Shown: positions 17,038 to 27,480, counted from the first letter of the stretch. The stretch is 64,000 bases of DNA from an uncultured Gammaproteobacteria bacterium (GCA_964523905.1 CAZFYQ010000002.1:66177-130176), one strand, 5' to 3'. The notes: generated by a model from the sequence alone, not told the origin. Program-made: numbers and translations.

Positions 17038-18200
17038 TTAAATAAACTGACGTTAGGGATTGGAGCACTGTTAGCTAGGATAAAGTTTTGGGCGTATAAA
17101 TAGATGGCTACGGCAATAATCGGCAGAATAATTTTAAATTCCCTACTCGTTAATACTTTTTCAAAAGCAATTAAAACAAATGGGGTAATTGGTAAAATGT
17201 AACGGGAGACGTCACGATGGGCCACAAAAGCGGCGGCGGTTAAATAGGTCAACACAAAAATTGCCATTGGATATAATTTTTTCTTCCATAAAGTCACTCC
17301 GCCTAAAAAGCCTAAAATAAAAATATAAACAATATCCTCCAGCCAAATATCTCCCACCCAGAACTGGTTTTTGTTAAACACCTGAAAAGGTGGAAAAGTT
17401 AAGTGAATATTGTCTCCACTATGAAAGTAGGCCCAAAAATCTCCGTAACTTTGACTGAATAAATAGAATACTGCAAATAATCCTAGAGGAATTAGAAGAA
17501 GGGGAGAGTATTTTATATGGGTTTTCCAGGCTTTGCTAATAGTAAATGGTTTGTTAAGGAGTAATTGCCAATGAAAGTAAATTGCTAGAGCGATGAAAAG
17601 TAAAATCCCCGGGGGCCTGGTAACCTGTGCCAGTAAACCTGCTAACGCGCTATAAATTAAATAAGGGTATTTATTGGAATACTCAAACTTCATGAAAAAA
17701 TATACTGCCAGAATGGTAAAGAAAATAAAAGTTGGCTCAGATGCGCCCACACTATGGACAATTAACCAGCGGGCGGGTAGTAGCAGGAAGATAGTAGCAA
17801 GTAGTAAGGGATGATCGGATAGTTTAAAATCTTTGATTAAAAAGTAAAAGGCCCACACTGCCAAAATAGTAGAACCTAAAGTGATAAATAGCATTGATTT
17901 TAGGAATCCTAAAAAAGGTGCAAAAAGGGCAATTAATAAAGAAAACCCGGGAAAATGCGAGGCAAAGTAACTTGCCGGCAAAGATTGGGGAAGCTGGGCT
18001 ATTAAAGCCGAATTGTAAAAAGTTTTGGCAATAATTACATATTCCAAACCGTCAAAATTGCGATATATTGTGGCAAAGCCATTAGAAAAATTTAACCCCC
18101 AGAAATTTGGTAAAGCAAGTAGATGTGGTAGCCAAACTAAAAAAGTTACTGCTAAAACTAGTCCTAGTAAAATCCCCAGGTCTTTCGTTGTTTTGTGCAT
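17034..18200 (-). CDS. GT-C glycosyltransferase (PIG-V/mannosyltransferase-like)
   Basis: RNFDGLEY..IA, HFPG.SLLI, SEPTF, TRPPG.L, RYILP; multi-TM. Confidence 0.75.
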   Translation of the reverse strand: MHKTTKDLGILLGLVLAVTFLVWLPHLLALPNFWGLNFSNGFATIYRNFDGLEYVIIAKTFYNSALIAQLPQSLPASYFASHFPGFSLLIALFAPFLGFLKSMLFITLGSTILAVWAFYFLIKDFKLSDHPLLLATIFLLLPARWLIVHSVGASEPTFIFFTILAVYFFMKFEYSNKYPYLIYSALAGLLAQVTRPPGILLFIALAIYFHWQLLLNKPFTISKAWKTHIKYSPLLLIPLGLFAVFYLFSQSYGDFWAYFHSGDNIHLTFPPFQVFNKNQFWVGDIWLEDIVYIFILGFLGGVTLWKKKLYPMAIFVLTYLTAAAFVAHRDVSRYILPITPFVLIAFEKVLTSREFKIILPIIAVAIYLYAQNFILANSAPIPNVSLFN

Positions 18201-18225
18201 AATTTGATGTTAGCATATTACAAGA

Positions 18226-20358
18226 ATGATTAAAAACCTCTCGGTGTTTTTCCCGGTGTTTAATGAGGAAGGAAATATTGCTACCACGGTTGGTAAAGCG
18301 CTGGCTGTTTTGGAAAAATTAAACCTGGAACAATGTGAAGTAATTATCGTAAATGACGGCTCTACTGATGGAACCCAAAAAGTAGCCGATGAGTTGGCCA
18401 AGAAAAATTCCAGGGTGAGGGTGATTCATCATCCCAAAAATTTAGGCTATGGCGAGGCTTTAAAATCCGGTTTTTATAATGCCAAATATGAGGTAATTGT
18501 CTATACTGACGGTGATGGGCAGTTTGACTTTGCCGAAGTTTCTAAATTCCTGGAAAAAATTGAAACTGCAGATCTGGTGATTGGTCATCGCATCAAAAGA
18601 CAGGATCCACTTTTTCGGCTGTTATTTAAAGAAGGTTGGAAATTATCTTTGTTTGTAATTTTTAGATTAACTTTAAAAGATGTGGACTGTGGTTTTAAGA
18701 TGGTAAGACGCCAGGCTTTAGAAAAAATTTCTCACTTAGAATCTAGCCGGGGAGCGATGATCAATGCTGAACTGGCTATTAAAATTAAAAAAGCTCATTT
18801 AAGAACCGCTCAAGTGGGAGTTAATCATTATCCCAGGCTGTCTGGTAAACCAACTGGGGCCAATATTAATGTGATTTTTAAATCTTACTTAGATTTAGTG
18901 AAGTTATGGTGGAAATTAAAAACCGACAAAATGATTTCTGCCCTTATTATTTTGGTACTGATGCTGGCAGCTTTCCTGCGGCTTTACCAGATAGATCATT
19001 ATATGATCTTTCTGGGAGATGAAGGACGGGATGCGGTGATTGTGAAAGCGCTGGTGACAGGAGAGCATTATCCCCTAATTGGTCCACCTACATCAGTAGG
19101 AAATATTTATTTAGGACCAATGTATTACTACATGATGGCCATTCCAATGACCATTTTTTATCTAAATCCAGTGGCGGCATCAAGTATGGATGGGTTAATT
19201 GGAGTTTTTACTGTGGCTTTAATTTATCTTTTGGGGAAAATGTGGTTTGATAAAAAATCCGCTTTAGTGGCAGCTTTTCTATATGCCATTTCCCCTGTGA
19301 CCATCAGTTACAGCAATTTTTCCTGGAATCCCAATCCCCTGCCGTTTTTTTCCTTGATTTCTATTTTTAGTTTATACAAAATTCATCAAACCAAAAACTT
19401 TAATTGGCTGATATTAACCGGGTTGTCTTTGGCAGCGGCAGTGCAAATGCATTATCTGGCTTTGATTTTAATTCCGATTGCCGGGATACTTTGGTTAATG
19501 GAAATTATCCGCTACAAAAATTTAAATCATCTGATTTCCGGAACTTTGTTAGGGCTGGTGGCGTTTTTGCTTTTAATGTCTCCCCTGTTTTTGTTTGATT
19601 TAAAACATGACTTTATGAATGCCCGGTCAGTAAATCAGCTGTTTACAGGAACAACTTTTAAAGGAAATCTGCTGGATAATTTTTTAAGAATTCCTGATAT
19701 TTTTAACAATAAATTAATTGGCAGGTACATGGCCGGAGGAAATTTTTATCTGGCAGTAGTGATGTCAATTTTAGTAATTGCCGGGTTAATAGTTAACAGT
19801 GGTTGGCCTCTGTTAGCCTTAGGGATTTGGCTGGGGGTAGGGATTTTTTTGCTGTCTTTTTATCAGCAAAGTATTTATGATCATTACCTGGGATTTTTAA
19901 ATCCGGCACCATATCTTTTATTTGGATCACTTTTCTACAAAAGGAAATGGATGATGGCTTTGCCTTTGGCTGGACTACTACTGATATTAACCATTGTTAA
20001 TTTTCAAAAAAATCCTTTAAATAACCCTCCGAATAATCAGTTGCAAAGAACCAAAAATGTGGCTGGTTTTATCATCAGCAGGTCTGGGGAGCAGCCGTTT
20101 AATTTTGCTTTAATTGCCAAAAGCAATTATGATCCGGCTTATCAGTATTATTTAGATCTCTACGGACATAAGCCTTTGGTTTTGCCCACTGCAAAAGCTC
20201 AGCAATTATTTGTAGTGTGTGAAGATGCCCTGTGTGATCCAACACATAGTCCCAAATATGAAATCGCGGCCTTTGGCTATACAAAAATAGACTGGGAGCA
20301 GGATTTTGCCGGAGTTAAAATATACCGGCTGATTGCAAATCCCGGAGGTAAGCCTTGA
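18226..20358 (+). CDS. Fusion of GT2 polyprenyl-phosphate sugar synthase and GT-C (ArnT/PMT-like) transferase
   Basis: N-terminal PVFNEE, VNDGSTDGT, NLGYGEAL, YTDGDGQF, DVDCGFK; C-terminal FLGDEGRD, GPPTSVG.IYLGPMYYY, WNPNP, QMHY. Confidence 0.88.
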   Translation: MIKNLSVFFPVFNEEGNIATTVGKALAVLEKLNLEQCEVIIVNDGSTDGTQKVADELAKKNSRVRVIHHPKNLGYGEALKSGFYNAKYEVIVYTDGDGQFDFAEVSKFLEKIETADLVIGHRIKRQDPLFRLLFKEGWKLSLFVIFRLTLKDVDCGFKMVRRQALEKISHLESSRGAMINAELAIKIKKAHLRTAQVGVNHYPRLSGKPTGANINVIFKSYLDLVKLWWKLKTDKMISALIILVLMLAAFLRLYQIDHYMIFLGDEGRDAVIVKALVTGEHYPLIGPPTSVGNIYLGPMYYYMMAIPMTIFYLNPVAASSMDGLIGVFTVALIYLLGKMWFDKKSALVAAFLYAISPVTISYSNFSWNPNPLPFFSLISIFSLYKIHQTKNFNWLILTGLSLAAAVQMHYLALILIPIAGILWLMEIIRYKNLNHLISGTLLGLVAFLLLMSPLFLFDLKHDFMNARSVNQLFTGTTFKGNLLDNFLRIPDIFNNKLIGRYMAGGNFYLAVVMSILVIAGLIVNSGWPLLALGIWLGVGIFLLSFYQQSIYDHYLGFLNPAPYLLFGSLFYKRKWMMALPLAGLLLILTIVNFQKNPLNNPPNNQLQRTKNVAGFIISRSGEQPFNFALIAKSNYDPAYQYYLDLYGHKPLVLPTAKAQQLFVVCEDALCDPTHSPKYEIAAFGYTKIDWEQDFAGVKIYRLIANPGGKP

Positions 20359-20420
20359 TTGTCACCCTGAACGCAGTGAAGGGTATAATCTTATATTCTT
20401 CGCTTTGCTCAGAATGACAA
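20359..20420. repeat. Imperfect palindromic REP-like doublet
   Basis: TTGTCACCCTGAACGCAGTGAAGGGTATAA compared with the reverse complement of the right arm, TTGTCATTCTGAGCAAAGCGAAGAATATAA. Confidence 0.75.
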
Positions 20421-20430
20421 GGAATAAAAC

Positions 20431-21153
20431 ATGACTAAATTATCAGTAGTAATACCTTCTTATAACGAATCGAAGAACTTAAAAAACGGATCTTTGGATC
20501 AGGTGAAAGATTATCTTAAACAAAGTAAATTAAGCTATGAAATAATTATAGTAGATGATGGTTCCACAGATGCCTCAGTGGATTTAATAAAAAAATACCC
20601 TTTTCGTTTAATTCAAAATTCTCATGGTGGTAAAGCCATGGCAGTAATGACCGGTATGGAAAAAGCGACTGGTGACATCGTGCTGTTTACTGACATGGAC
20701 CAAGCCACTCCAATTAATCAGCTGGATAAATTCCTACCCAAATTTGAGGAGGGTTTTGATATTGTGATTGGTTCCCGAAGTGGCAGAAAAGGCGCCCCTT
20801 TTATCCGTAAATTATCGGCTTGGGGATTTTCAGTTTTAAGACGACTTATTTTAGGACTGCCTTTTTCCGATACTCAATGTGGTTTCAAAGCTTTCGACCA
20901 AAAAGCTATTAAAAAAATTATTCCTAGAATCAAAGGGGAGTGGGGAGTACTTCATTCTAAAACAGGAGCAGTAAATGCTGGTTTTGATGTAGAACTTTTA
21001 TACCTAGCCAAAAAATATGGCTTTAAAATTGCCGAAGTCCCCGTAGAATGGAACTATGTTGACACCGAGCGCGTCCAAGTAGTCAAAGATGCCGCGGCCG
21101 CCATCTATGACATGTTCCGCATTAGAATTAATGATCTTAAAGGAAAATACTAG
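20431..21153 (+). CDS. GT2, ALG5/DPG-synthase-like polyprenyl-phosphate glycosyltransferase
   Basis: VIPSYNE, VDDGSTD, GKAMAV..G, FTDMDQATP, IGSR, DTQCGFK, FDVELL.LA, EVPVEW. Confidence 0.9.
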   Translation: MTKLSVVIPSYNESKNLKNGSLDQVKDYLKQSKLSYEIIIVDDGSTDASVDLIKKYPFRLIQNSHGGKAMAVMTGMEKATGDIVLFTDMDQATPINQLDKFLPKFEEGFDIVIGSRSGRKGAPFIRKLSAWGFSVLRRLILGLPFSDTQCGFKAFDQKAIKKIIPRIKGEWGVLHSKTGAVNAGFDVELLYLAKKYGFKIAEVPVEWNYVDTERVQVVKDAAAAIYDMFRIRINDLKGKY

Positions 21154-21172
21154 TATTGGGGATTTGTTGGGC

Positions 21173-21201
21173 TTGCCTAGTGGGCTTTGGGGACGTACAA
21201 T
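21173..21201 (+). promoter_or_regulatory. Promoter TTGCCT-N17-TACAAT, 6 nt before the GTG start
   Basis: TTGCCT at 21173-21178, TACAAT at 21196-21201, GTG at 21208. Confidence 0.6.
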
Positions 21202-21207
21202 AAGTAG

Positions 21208-22719
21208 GTGGATTTTGTACGCAAAAATATTCTAAGTATTTCTGTTCTGTTGGGTTTAATTGCTGCCTATTTTCTAATTCGTATTCCTCATTTAACCTTA
21301 CAGCCGATTTTTGCTGATGAGGCCATCTACATCCGCTGGGCTCAGGTTATGAAATCTGAACCTACTTTGCGCTTTATTTCTTTATCCGATGGCAAAACCC
21401 CCTTATTTATGTGGCTAATGATTCCTTTATTTAAAGTAATTCATGATCCTTTAATGGCCGGCCGATTTTTATCAGTGATTTCCGGTTTTTTTACCTTGAT
21501 CGGGGTACTTTTATTAACCCGTAAAGTATTTGGTAGAAATGCCGCATTTTGGGCAGGACTTTTATATGTAATTACACCATACACTGTATTTTTTGATAGG
21601 ATGGCGCTGGTTGATTCTATGGAGTCCACCTTTACTGTCTGGATAATTTATCTGGCAATTTTGGTGGTGCAAAAAATGCGCTGGGATTTGGCCATGATAC
21701 TGGGATATTTACTGGGTGGTGTAGTGTTAACCAAAACCCCGGGAATGTTAAACAGTTTAATACTGCCGGTCTCCATCTTCGGATTCACACGGATTAAAAC
21801 GGATAAATATCGATTGCTACGGCTACTGTTGTTGTGGGCAGTAGCAATTGCCATCGCCTTAGTCATGTATAACATGCTGCGCCTGGGTCCGAATTTTCAA
21901 TCCTTATCTTCCCGCAATGCTGATTATGTTTTCTCACCGTTTGAACTAATGGGTAGACCGCTTGATCCATTTATTCCCCATTTTCATGACATTTCCGATT
22001 GGTTTCCCAAATTACTAACTTGGCCGGTGTTGGGACTTTTGGCAATTGGTTTATGGTTTCTTATTAAGAGTAAAAACAAACTGGGTTGGATGGTACTTTT
22101 GTGGGCATTGATACCAATGTTATTGTCAATGGCGTTTTTAAAAACCTTTACTGCTAGATATTTATTAACGTCTATTGCTCCGCTTTTGGTAATCGCCAGT
22201 TTTGGTGCTGCGGAATTACTGAAGATGATAAAGATACCAAATGTCGCAAAAGTCGCTGTAGTCGCAATAGTCGTGGGAGTATTGCCGCTGTGGTTTGATT
22301 TACAGTTAATTAACAATCCTCCCCCACCCAGTTTACCTAGAGAAGAAAGCCGGGGATATTTTGAAGAGTGGACTGCAGGATATGGTTTTAAACAAATTGC
22401 CAATTATTTAATTGCCCAAAAAGCTAAAGGATCGGTAGTGGTCGGGACTGATGGATATTTTGGTACTTTGCCGGATGGCTTATATATTTATTTGGATAAA
22501 GCTAATATCTCAATAGTTGGTGGGACCGGTACTATTTCTGCGAAGCTTCGCAACTCTGCCAAAGATCACCAAACCTATTATGTTGGTAATAAATTGGAAG
22601 TAGCAAAATCTGCTAAAAATTTATCTGAAATTATGGAATTTCCTAAAACTAGATCGTTAGATACTGGTTTACAAGATGCCACAGTGTTATGGCAAGTTTT
22701 ACCAATCAATGAAAAATAA
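21208..22719 (+). CDS. GT-C glycosyltransferase (PMT_2/ArnT-like)
   Basis: PIFADEAIYIRWAQ, DGKTPLFMW, AGRFLS, FFDRMALVDS, LTKTP, ARY. Confidence 0.85.
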   Translation: MDFVRKNILSISVLLGLIAAYFLIRIPHLTLQPIFADEAIYIRWAQVMKSEPTLRFISLSDGKTPLFMWLMIPLFKVIHDPLMAGRFLSVISGFFTLIGVLLLTRKVFGRNAAFWAGLLYVITPYTVFFDRMALVDSMESTFTVWIIYLAILVVQKMRWDLAMILGYLLGGVVLTKTPGMLNSLILPVSIFGFTRIKTDKYRLLRLLLLWAVAIAIALVMYNMLRLGPNFQSLSSRNADYVFSPFELMGRPLDPFIPHFHDISDWFPKLLTWPVLGLLAIGLWFLIKSKNKLGWMVLLWALIPMLLSMAFLKTFTARYLLTSIAPLLVIASFGAAELLKMIKIPNVAKVAVVAIVVGVLPLWFDLQLINNPPPPSLPREESRGYFEEWTAGYGFKQIANYLIAQKAKGSVVVGTDGYFGTLPDGLYIYLDKANISIVGGTGTISAKLRNSAKDHQTYYVGNKLEVAKSAKNLSEIMEFPKTRSLDTGLQDATVLWQVLPINEK

Positions 22720-24346
22720 TTTACTGGCTTTAGTATTTTTAATTGTAATAACCATTCCAACATTACTGCCTTTTTTTAACGCCAGATTTTTTTATACTCA
22801 AGATTATATTTTTATTGCCCGTTTGCAACAAATGAGTACGGCTTTAGCTGACGGACAATTTCCGGTTCGCTGGGCTCCGGATTTGCGTTTTGGTGAGCCG
22901 ACTTTTAATTATTATGCTCCGTTTCCTTATTATATTGGCGCGTTAGTGCATCTTTTAGGAATTAACTATATCTGGACTGCCAAAATTTTATTTATGTTGG
23001 GCAGTATCTTGTCCGCCTTTGCAATGTATTTTTTCATCAAAGAATTATTAGGTCAAAAAGCCGGCCTGGTGTCGGCAGTGTTATATACATATGCGCCTTA
23101 CCGGGCAGTTGATATTTATGTTCGAGGATCTTTATCAGAGACCTGGGCTTTTATTTTTTTTCCTTTAATTTTTTATTATTGCCTAAAGATTGTAAAACAA
23201 ACTAGTTTAAAAAACGCTACCTTACTGGCTTTATCATTGGCCGGATTATTTTTAACACATAATGTGACTACCCTAATGTTTGCTCCTTTTTTAATTTTTT
23301 GGATGGGGTATTTAATTTGGCATTATCGTAATTTTAAAAGCCTGCTTTATTTTATTAAAGCTTTGGTTTTGGCTGTGGGACTGTCTGCCTTTTTTTTGTT
23401 GCCGGCTTTTTTGGAAAGAAATTTTATTCAGACCAAATATTTAACTGTTGGTTATTTTAATTTCCGGGCTCATTTTGTGGCAGTGCAGCAATTTTTCTCT
23501 TTATTTTGGGGATATGGTTCCTCTGTCTGGGGACCAGAAGATGGATTATCTTTTCAAGTGGGTTTAATTAATTGGTTAATTGTAGCAGCTGGAATAGTAG
23601 TGGGATTTATCAGCCGCAAAGACAAAAAAACTTTGGGGTTATTAATTTTTCTGGCAGTCAGTTTAGCTTTTTCAGTTTTTTTACAGCATAACAAATCAGC
23701 TTTTGTTTGGGAGGCATTTTCTTTAATGGCTTTTATTCAATTTCCCTGGCGGTTTTTGGCGATCTCCATTTTTATTGCGGCAATTGCCGGAGGAGTAATT
23801 ACGCCCATTTTCAAAAGCAAACAAAATATTTTTCTAGCGGTGATTATTATTGCCTCAATTGCGGCTACTTTTAATTATTTTAAGCCCAAAGAATATTCTG
23901 ATGACTCATTTTTTGATAAGTTTGTTAATGTTAGTAAAATGCATCAAGGCGTTGATTTAACTAAGGATTATCTACCAATTTGGGCGGAAAATACTGATAT
24001 CCCATTTTTCGAAACACTAAATGCTGTAAGCGGTAATATTTCGGTAACCGATATCAATAAAAGATCTACCTCCTTAACTGCTAAGATTAAAACTATCGAG
24101 GATAGTGAAGTTGTGGCTCCGATTACTTATTTCCCTGGTTGGCATGTTTTGGCTAATGGGCAGTCAGTTGCCGCTACTCCGGCCCCTCACACTGGTTTGA
24201 TTACGTTTAAATTACCAAAAGGGGAGTACAATGTAGCTATTGCCCTAACTGATACACCAATTCGGGTAATTGGTAACTGGGCCTCGCTATTTTCACTGGT
24301 GGTGGCAGCTGGATTTTTATTGATCGGTAAAAGATATTCCAAATGA
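22709..24346 (+). CDS. GT-C membrane protein (PTPS-related/YfhO-like family)
   Basis: DGQFPVRWAPDL..G.P.FNYYAP.PY, YAPYRAVD.YVRG.L.E, LTHN, QFPWRFL, DYLPIW, YFPGW; likely start ATG 22709. Confidence 0.8.
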   Translation: MKNNLLALVFLIVITIPTLLPFFNARFFYTQDYIFIARLQQMSTALADGQFPVRWAPDLRFGEPTFNYYAPFPYYIGALVHLLGINYIWTAKILFMLGSILSAFAMYFFIKELLGQKAGLVSAVLYTYAPYRAVDIYVRGSLSETWAFIFFPLIFYYCLKIVKQTSLKNATLLALSLAGLFLTHNVTTLMFAPFLIFWMGYLIWHYRNFKSLLYFIKALVLAVGLSAFFLLPAFLERNFIQTKYLTVGYFNFRAHFVAVQQFFSLFWGYGSSVWGPEDGLSFQVGLINWLIVAAGIVVGFISRKDKKTLGLLIFLAVSLAFSVFLQHNKSAFVWEAFSLMAFIQFPWRFLAISIFIAAIAGGVITPIFKSKQNIFLAVIIIASIAATFNYFKPKEYSDDSFFDKFVNVSKMHQGVDLTKDYLPIWAENTDIPFFETLNAVSGNISVTDINKRSTSLTAKIKTIEDSEVVAPITYFPGWHVLANGQSVAATPAPHTGLITFKLPKGEYNVAIALTDTPIRVIGNWASLFSLVVAAGFLLIGKRYSK

Positions 24347-26051
24347 AAGATTTTTTAATTAAACACAAAGAGTTTTTACTGGGACTACTTTTGACTTTAA
24401 GTTTACTGTGGCCGCTGATGGCCGGCCCTTATTTTACCCATCATGACGATGTGCAAGTGATTAGGTTGTATGAGATGGATAAGTGTTTTAAGGATCATCA
24501 AATCCCTTGTCGTTGGGTGCCGGATTTGGGAGGACTGTATGGCTATCCGATTTTTAATTATTACGCACCAATGCCTATTATTTTGGAGAGTTAATTTATT
24601 TTCTAACTCATAGCTTGCTTGTTTCTGCCAAGGTGATGTTTGGGGTAAGTTTCATAGGTGCATATGTATTTATGTATCTTTTAGCTAGAAAATTCTGGGG
24701 TAATTTAGGAGGCGTCCTATCAGCCATTTTTTATAGTTTTGCGCCGTATCATAGTGTGGATTTTTATGTCAGAGGTGCAATGGGGGAAATGTGGGCCCTA
24801 ATGTTTTTTCCAGCCATTTTTTGGGCTTTAGCCCGGATGGAGGAAAATCCCAGTTTAGTTAATTTGGTACTTTTGGCACTAATGCAAGGACTGTTAATTG
24901 TTTCGCACAATTTATCAGCGATGCTGTTTTTACCAATTTGTTTGGTGTGGATGGTATTTTTGTATTTTAGAAACAAAAAGAAAAAATTTATTTGGTTTTC
25001 TTTTTTAGGATTTGTCCTGGGAATTTTACTTTCTTCTTTTTATCTTTTCCCAATGCTTTTTGAAAAACAATTAGTGCATGTTGATACCACCACCATTGGT
25101 TATTTCCACTATACCGAACATTTCAAGGGCTTAAAAAAATTATTCATTGAACGCACTTGGGGTTGGGGATCATCGGTTCGAGAAGTGCCGGGTGGAGAAA
25201 AAGACGGATTATCTTTCCAAATCGGCTGGGTGCATTTAGCAGCCTGGGCTTTGGCGCTTTTAACGGCTTTTTTATTATGGAAGAAGCAAAAATGGTTTAG
25301 TATCCTAATTATCTTAAGTACAGTAGCCACTTTATTTTCTGTATTTATGATACATCCTCGTTCGGAATTTATCTGGCGAGCAATTGATCCTTTAAAATAT
25401 ATCCAATTTCCCTGGAGATTTTTGATGCTAATTATATTTTTTATCTGTTTTACTTCCGGAAGTTTTATATTAACCAATCTTAAATTTAAAAAAATAATTT
25501 GGTGGGGGCTGATTATTTTAGTGGTCATACTTAACTTTTCTTATTTTGTTCCGGAAAAAATCATTCAAACAACTGACGCTATGCGGCTATCAGATGGTGA
25601 TTTTACCAACCAAATTAACCGTTCTATTTTTGATTATTTACCAATTTATGCTAAGGCTCCTCCAGGGGCACTGGCTGATAAAAGATATGAACTGCTAACC
25701 GGTGACTCAACAGTATTTAATTTTTATGAGGGTACCAACTGGATTAGTTTTGATACTTACACCCAAACACATACTATTATTCGTTTGTCACAGTATTATT
25801 TCCCGGACTGGAAGATTTTTGTTGACGGAAAAGAAACCATGATTGATTACCAAAATAACCCGCTTGGTTTAATGACGATTATTTTAGGCGAAGGAAATCA
25901 CCAGGTCAGAGCCAGGTTATATGATACGCCGGTCCGGTCAATTTCCAATTGGCTATCAGTTGCCACCATGTTAGCGCTTTTGACAATCTATATTATTAGT
26001 TTTAAAAAAGTCCGCAAATGGATTGCTTATTACCGGAAGGGGATTAATTAA
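24343..26051 (+). pseudogene. Frameshifted paralog of the preceding PTPS-related/YfhO-like GT-C gene
   Basis: ORFs 24343-24594 and 24615-26051 join if one base is added at about 24575 (ATG CC- TAT TAT TTT GGA gives MPYYFG; the paralog reads CCT TAT TAT ATT GGC). Confidence 0.8.
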
Positions 26052-26052
26052 A

Positions 26053-27480
26053 GTGGGGGATGGTGTTAAAAAAAAGATTGCTAAGGGGTTTTTAAGTTTA
26101 ACTTTTCGAAAAGCAATTTTACTGGCCATTAATTATTTAACCATTAATATTGTGCTGGCGCGGATTTTGCCGGTTTCCACAATTGGGGTATTTAATATTG
26201 CCTCCTCAATTTTAGCTTTTTTTGCATTTTTTTCTGATATTGGTTTGGCCGCCTCTTTAATCCAAAAAAAAGAAATATCTCTGGAAGATATTAAAACCAC
26301 CTTTACTATCCAGACTATCTTAGCTTTTTCAATCAGCATTATTGTGTTTTTAGCTGCTCCTTATTTTGCTAATTTATATAATCTGGATTTTCAAGGCATG
26401 TGGTTAGTTCGCACTTTAGCCCTAAGTTTTTTCCTAGTTTCTTTAAAAGTAGTGCCCTCGGTTTTGCTGGAGCGGGACTTAAGATTTCAGCCACTGGTAG
26501 CAATTGAAGTAGCAGAAACAATTGTTTTTAATTTGATTTTAACTTTTCTGGTTTTCTCGGGTTTATCAGTTTCTTCTTTTAGTTATGCCACTGCTGCCAG
26601 AAGTATCATTGGAGTGATCTTAATCTATTCCTGGGCACCGTGGAAAGTTTCTTTAGGAGTTTCCAGACAATCAATCAGAGCTTTGCTTAGTTTTGGTTTG
26701 CCGTTTCAGCTAAATTCTTTACTGGCTTTACTAAAAGATCGCTTAGTTCCTCTGGTGATTGCCCGGATGGTTGGTAGTGTGGGAGTAGGACTAATTACCT
26801 GGTCTCAAAGTTTGGCTTTCCTACCTTTAGAGGTGATGAATATTATGACTCGGGTGACTTTTCCGGCTTTTTCCCGCTTGGCTGATAACAAAGAGCACTT
26901 AAGGGAGACTTTAGAAGATTCCTTGTTTGCAACCGGTGTGGTTTTATATCCAATGTTATTTGGATTAAATGCGGTCACTCATAGTTTAATAACGCATGTA
27001 GTATCCAGTAAGTGGCAGCTTGCAGAACCCTTAGTCCACTTGTTTTCAATCGGTGCTTTTTTTGCCACCTTATCCTCTCCTTTTACCAATTTTTTAAACG
27101 CCATTGGCAAGGTCAAAACTACTTTAAAATTAATGGTGATGTGGACGGTTTTAGAATGGTTACTGACTCCGGTATTAACTGTCTACTACGGTTTTTTAGG
27201 TGCCGGAATGGCCTCGGCTTTAATTTCTGTGACCTCAATTATTCCTTTGTTAATTATTAAGAAAATGATGAAAATTGATGTGTTAAAAAATATTTGGCAG
27301 CCGATTTTTGCCTCAGTGGTAATGGGGTTACTGGTTTATATCTTAAGTCCAATGGTAGTTTATAATTTTTTAAGTTTACTTATTCTGGTAGTTATTAGTG
27401 GGCTTTTTTATGTTGGTTTAATGTTACTTTTGGCTAAAAATAGAATGGTGAAATATTATCAAAGTTTTAAACATGGTTAA
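26053..27480 (+). CDS. wzx: Wzx/MOP-family oligosaccharide flippase
   Basis: LARILP...G.F, SDIGLAASLIQKK, LLERDLRF..L, RVTFPAFSR; about 12-14 TM; likely GTG start at 26053. Confidence 0.88.
   Translation: MGDGVKKKIAKGFLSLTFRKAILLAINYLTINIVLARILPVSTIGVFNIASSILAFFAFFSDIGLAASLIQKKEISLEDIKTTFTIQTILAFSISIIVFLAAPYFANLYNLDFQGMWLVRTLALSFFLVSLKVVPSVLLERDLRFQPLVAIEVAETIVFNLILTFLVFSGLSVSSFSYATAARSIIGVILIYSWAPWKVSLGVSRQSIRALLSFGLPFQLNSLLALLKDRLVPLVIARMVGSVGVGLITWSQSLAFLPLEVMNIMTRVTFPAFSRLADNKEHLRETLEDSLFATGVVLYPMLFGLNAVTHSLITHVVSSKWQLAEPLVHLFSIGAFFATLSSPFTNFLNAIGKVKTTLKLMVMWTVLEWLLTPVLTVYYGFLGAGMASALISVTSIIPLLIIKKMMKIDVLKNIWQPIFASVVMGLLVYILSPMVVYNFLSLLILVVISGLFYVGLMLLLAKNRMVKYYQSFKHG

Noticed and set aside
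17034-18226. Site-specific invertible segment
   Set aside because: I found no flanking inverted repeats or recombinase, and the gene has its own promoter.
22709-26051. Pterin biosynthesis (a '6-pyruvoyl-tetrahydropterin synthase-related' label would be expected)
   Set aside because: These are multi-pass YfhO/GT-C-like membrane proteins with no T-fold PTPS motifs.
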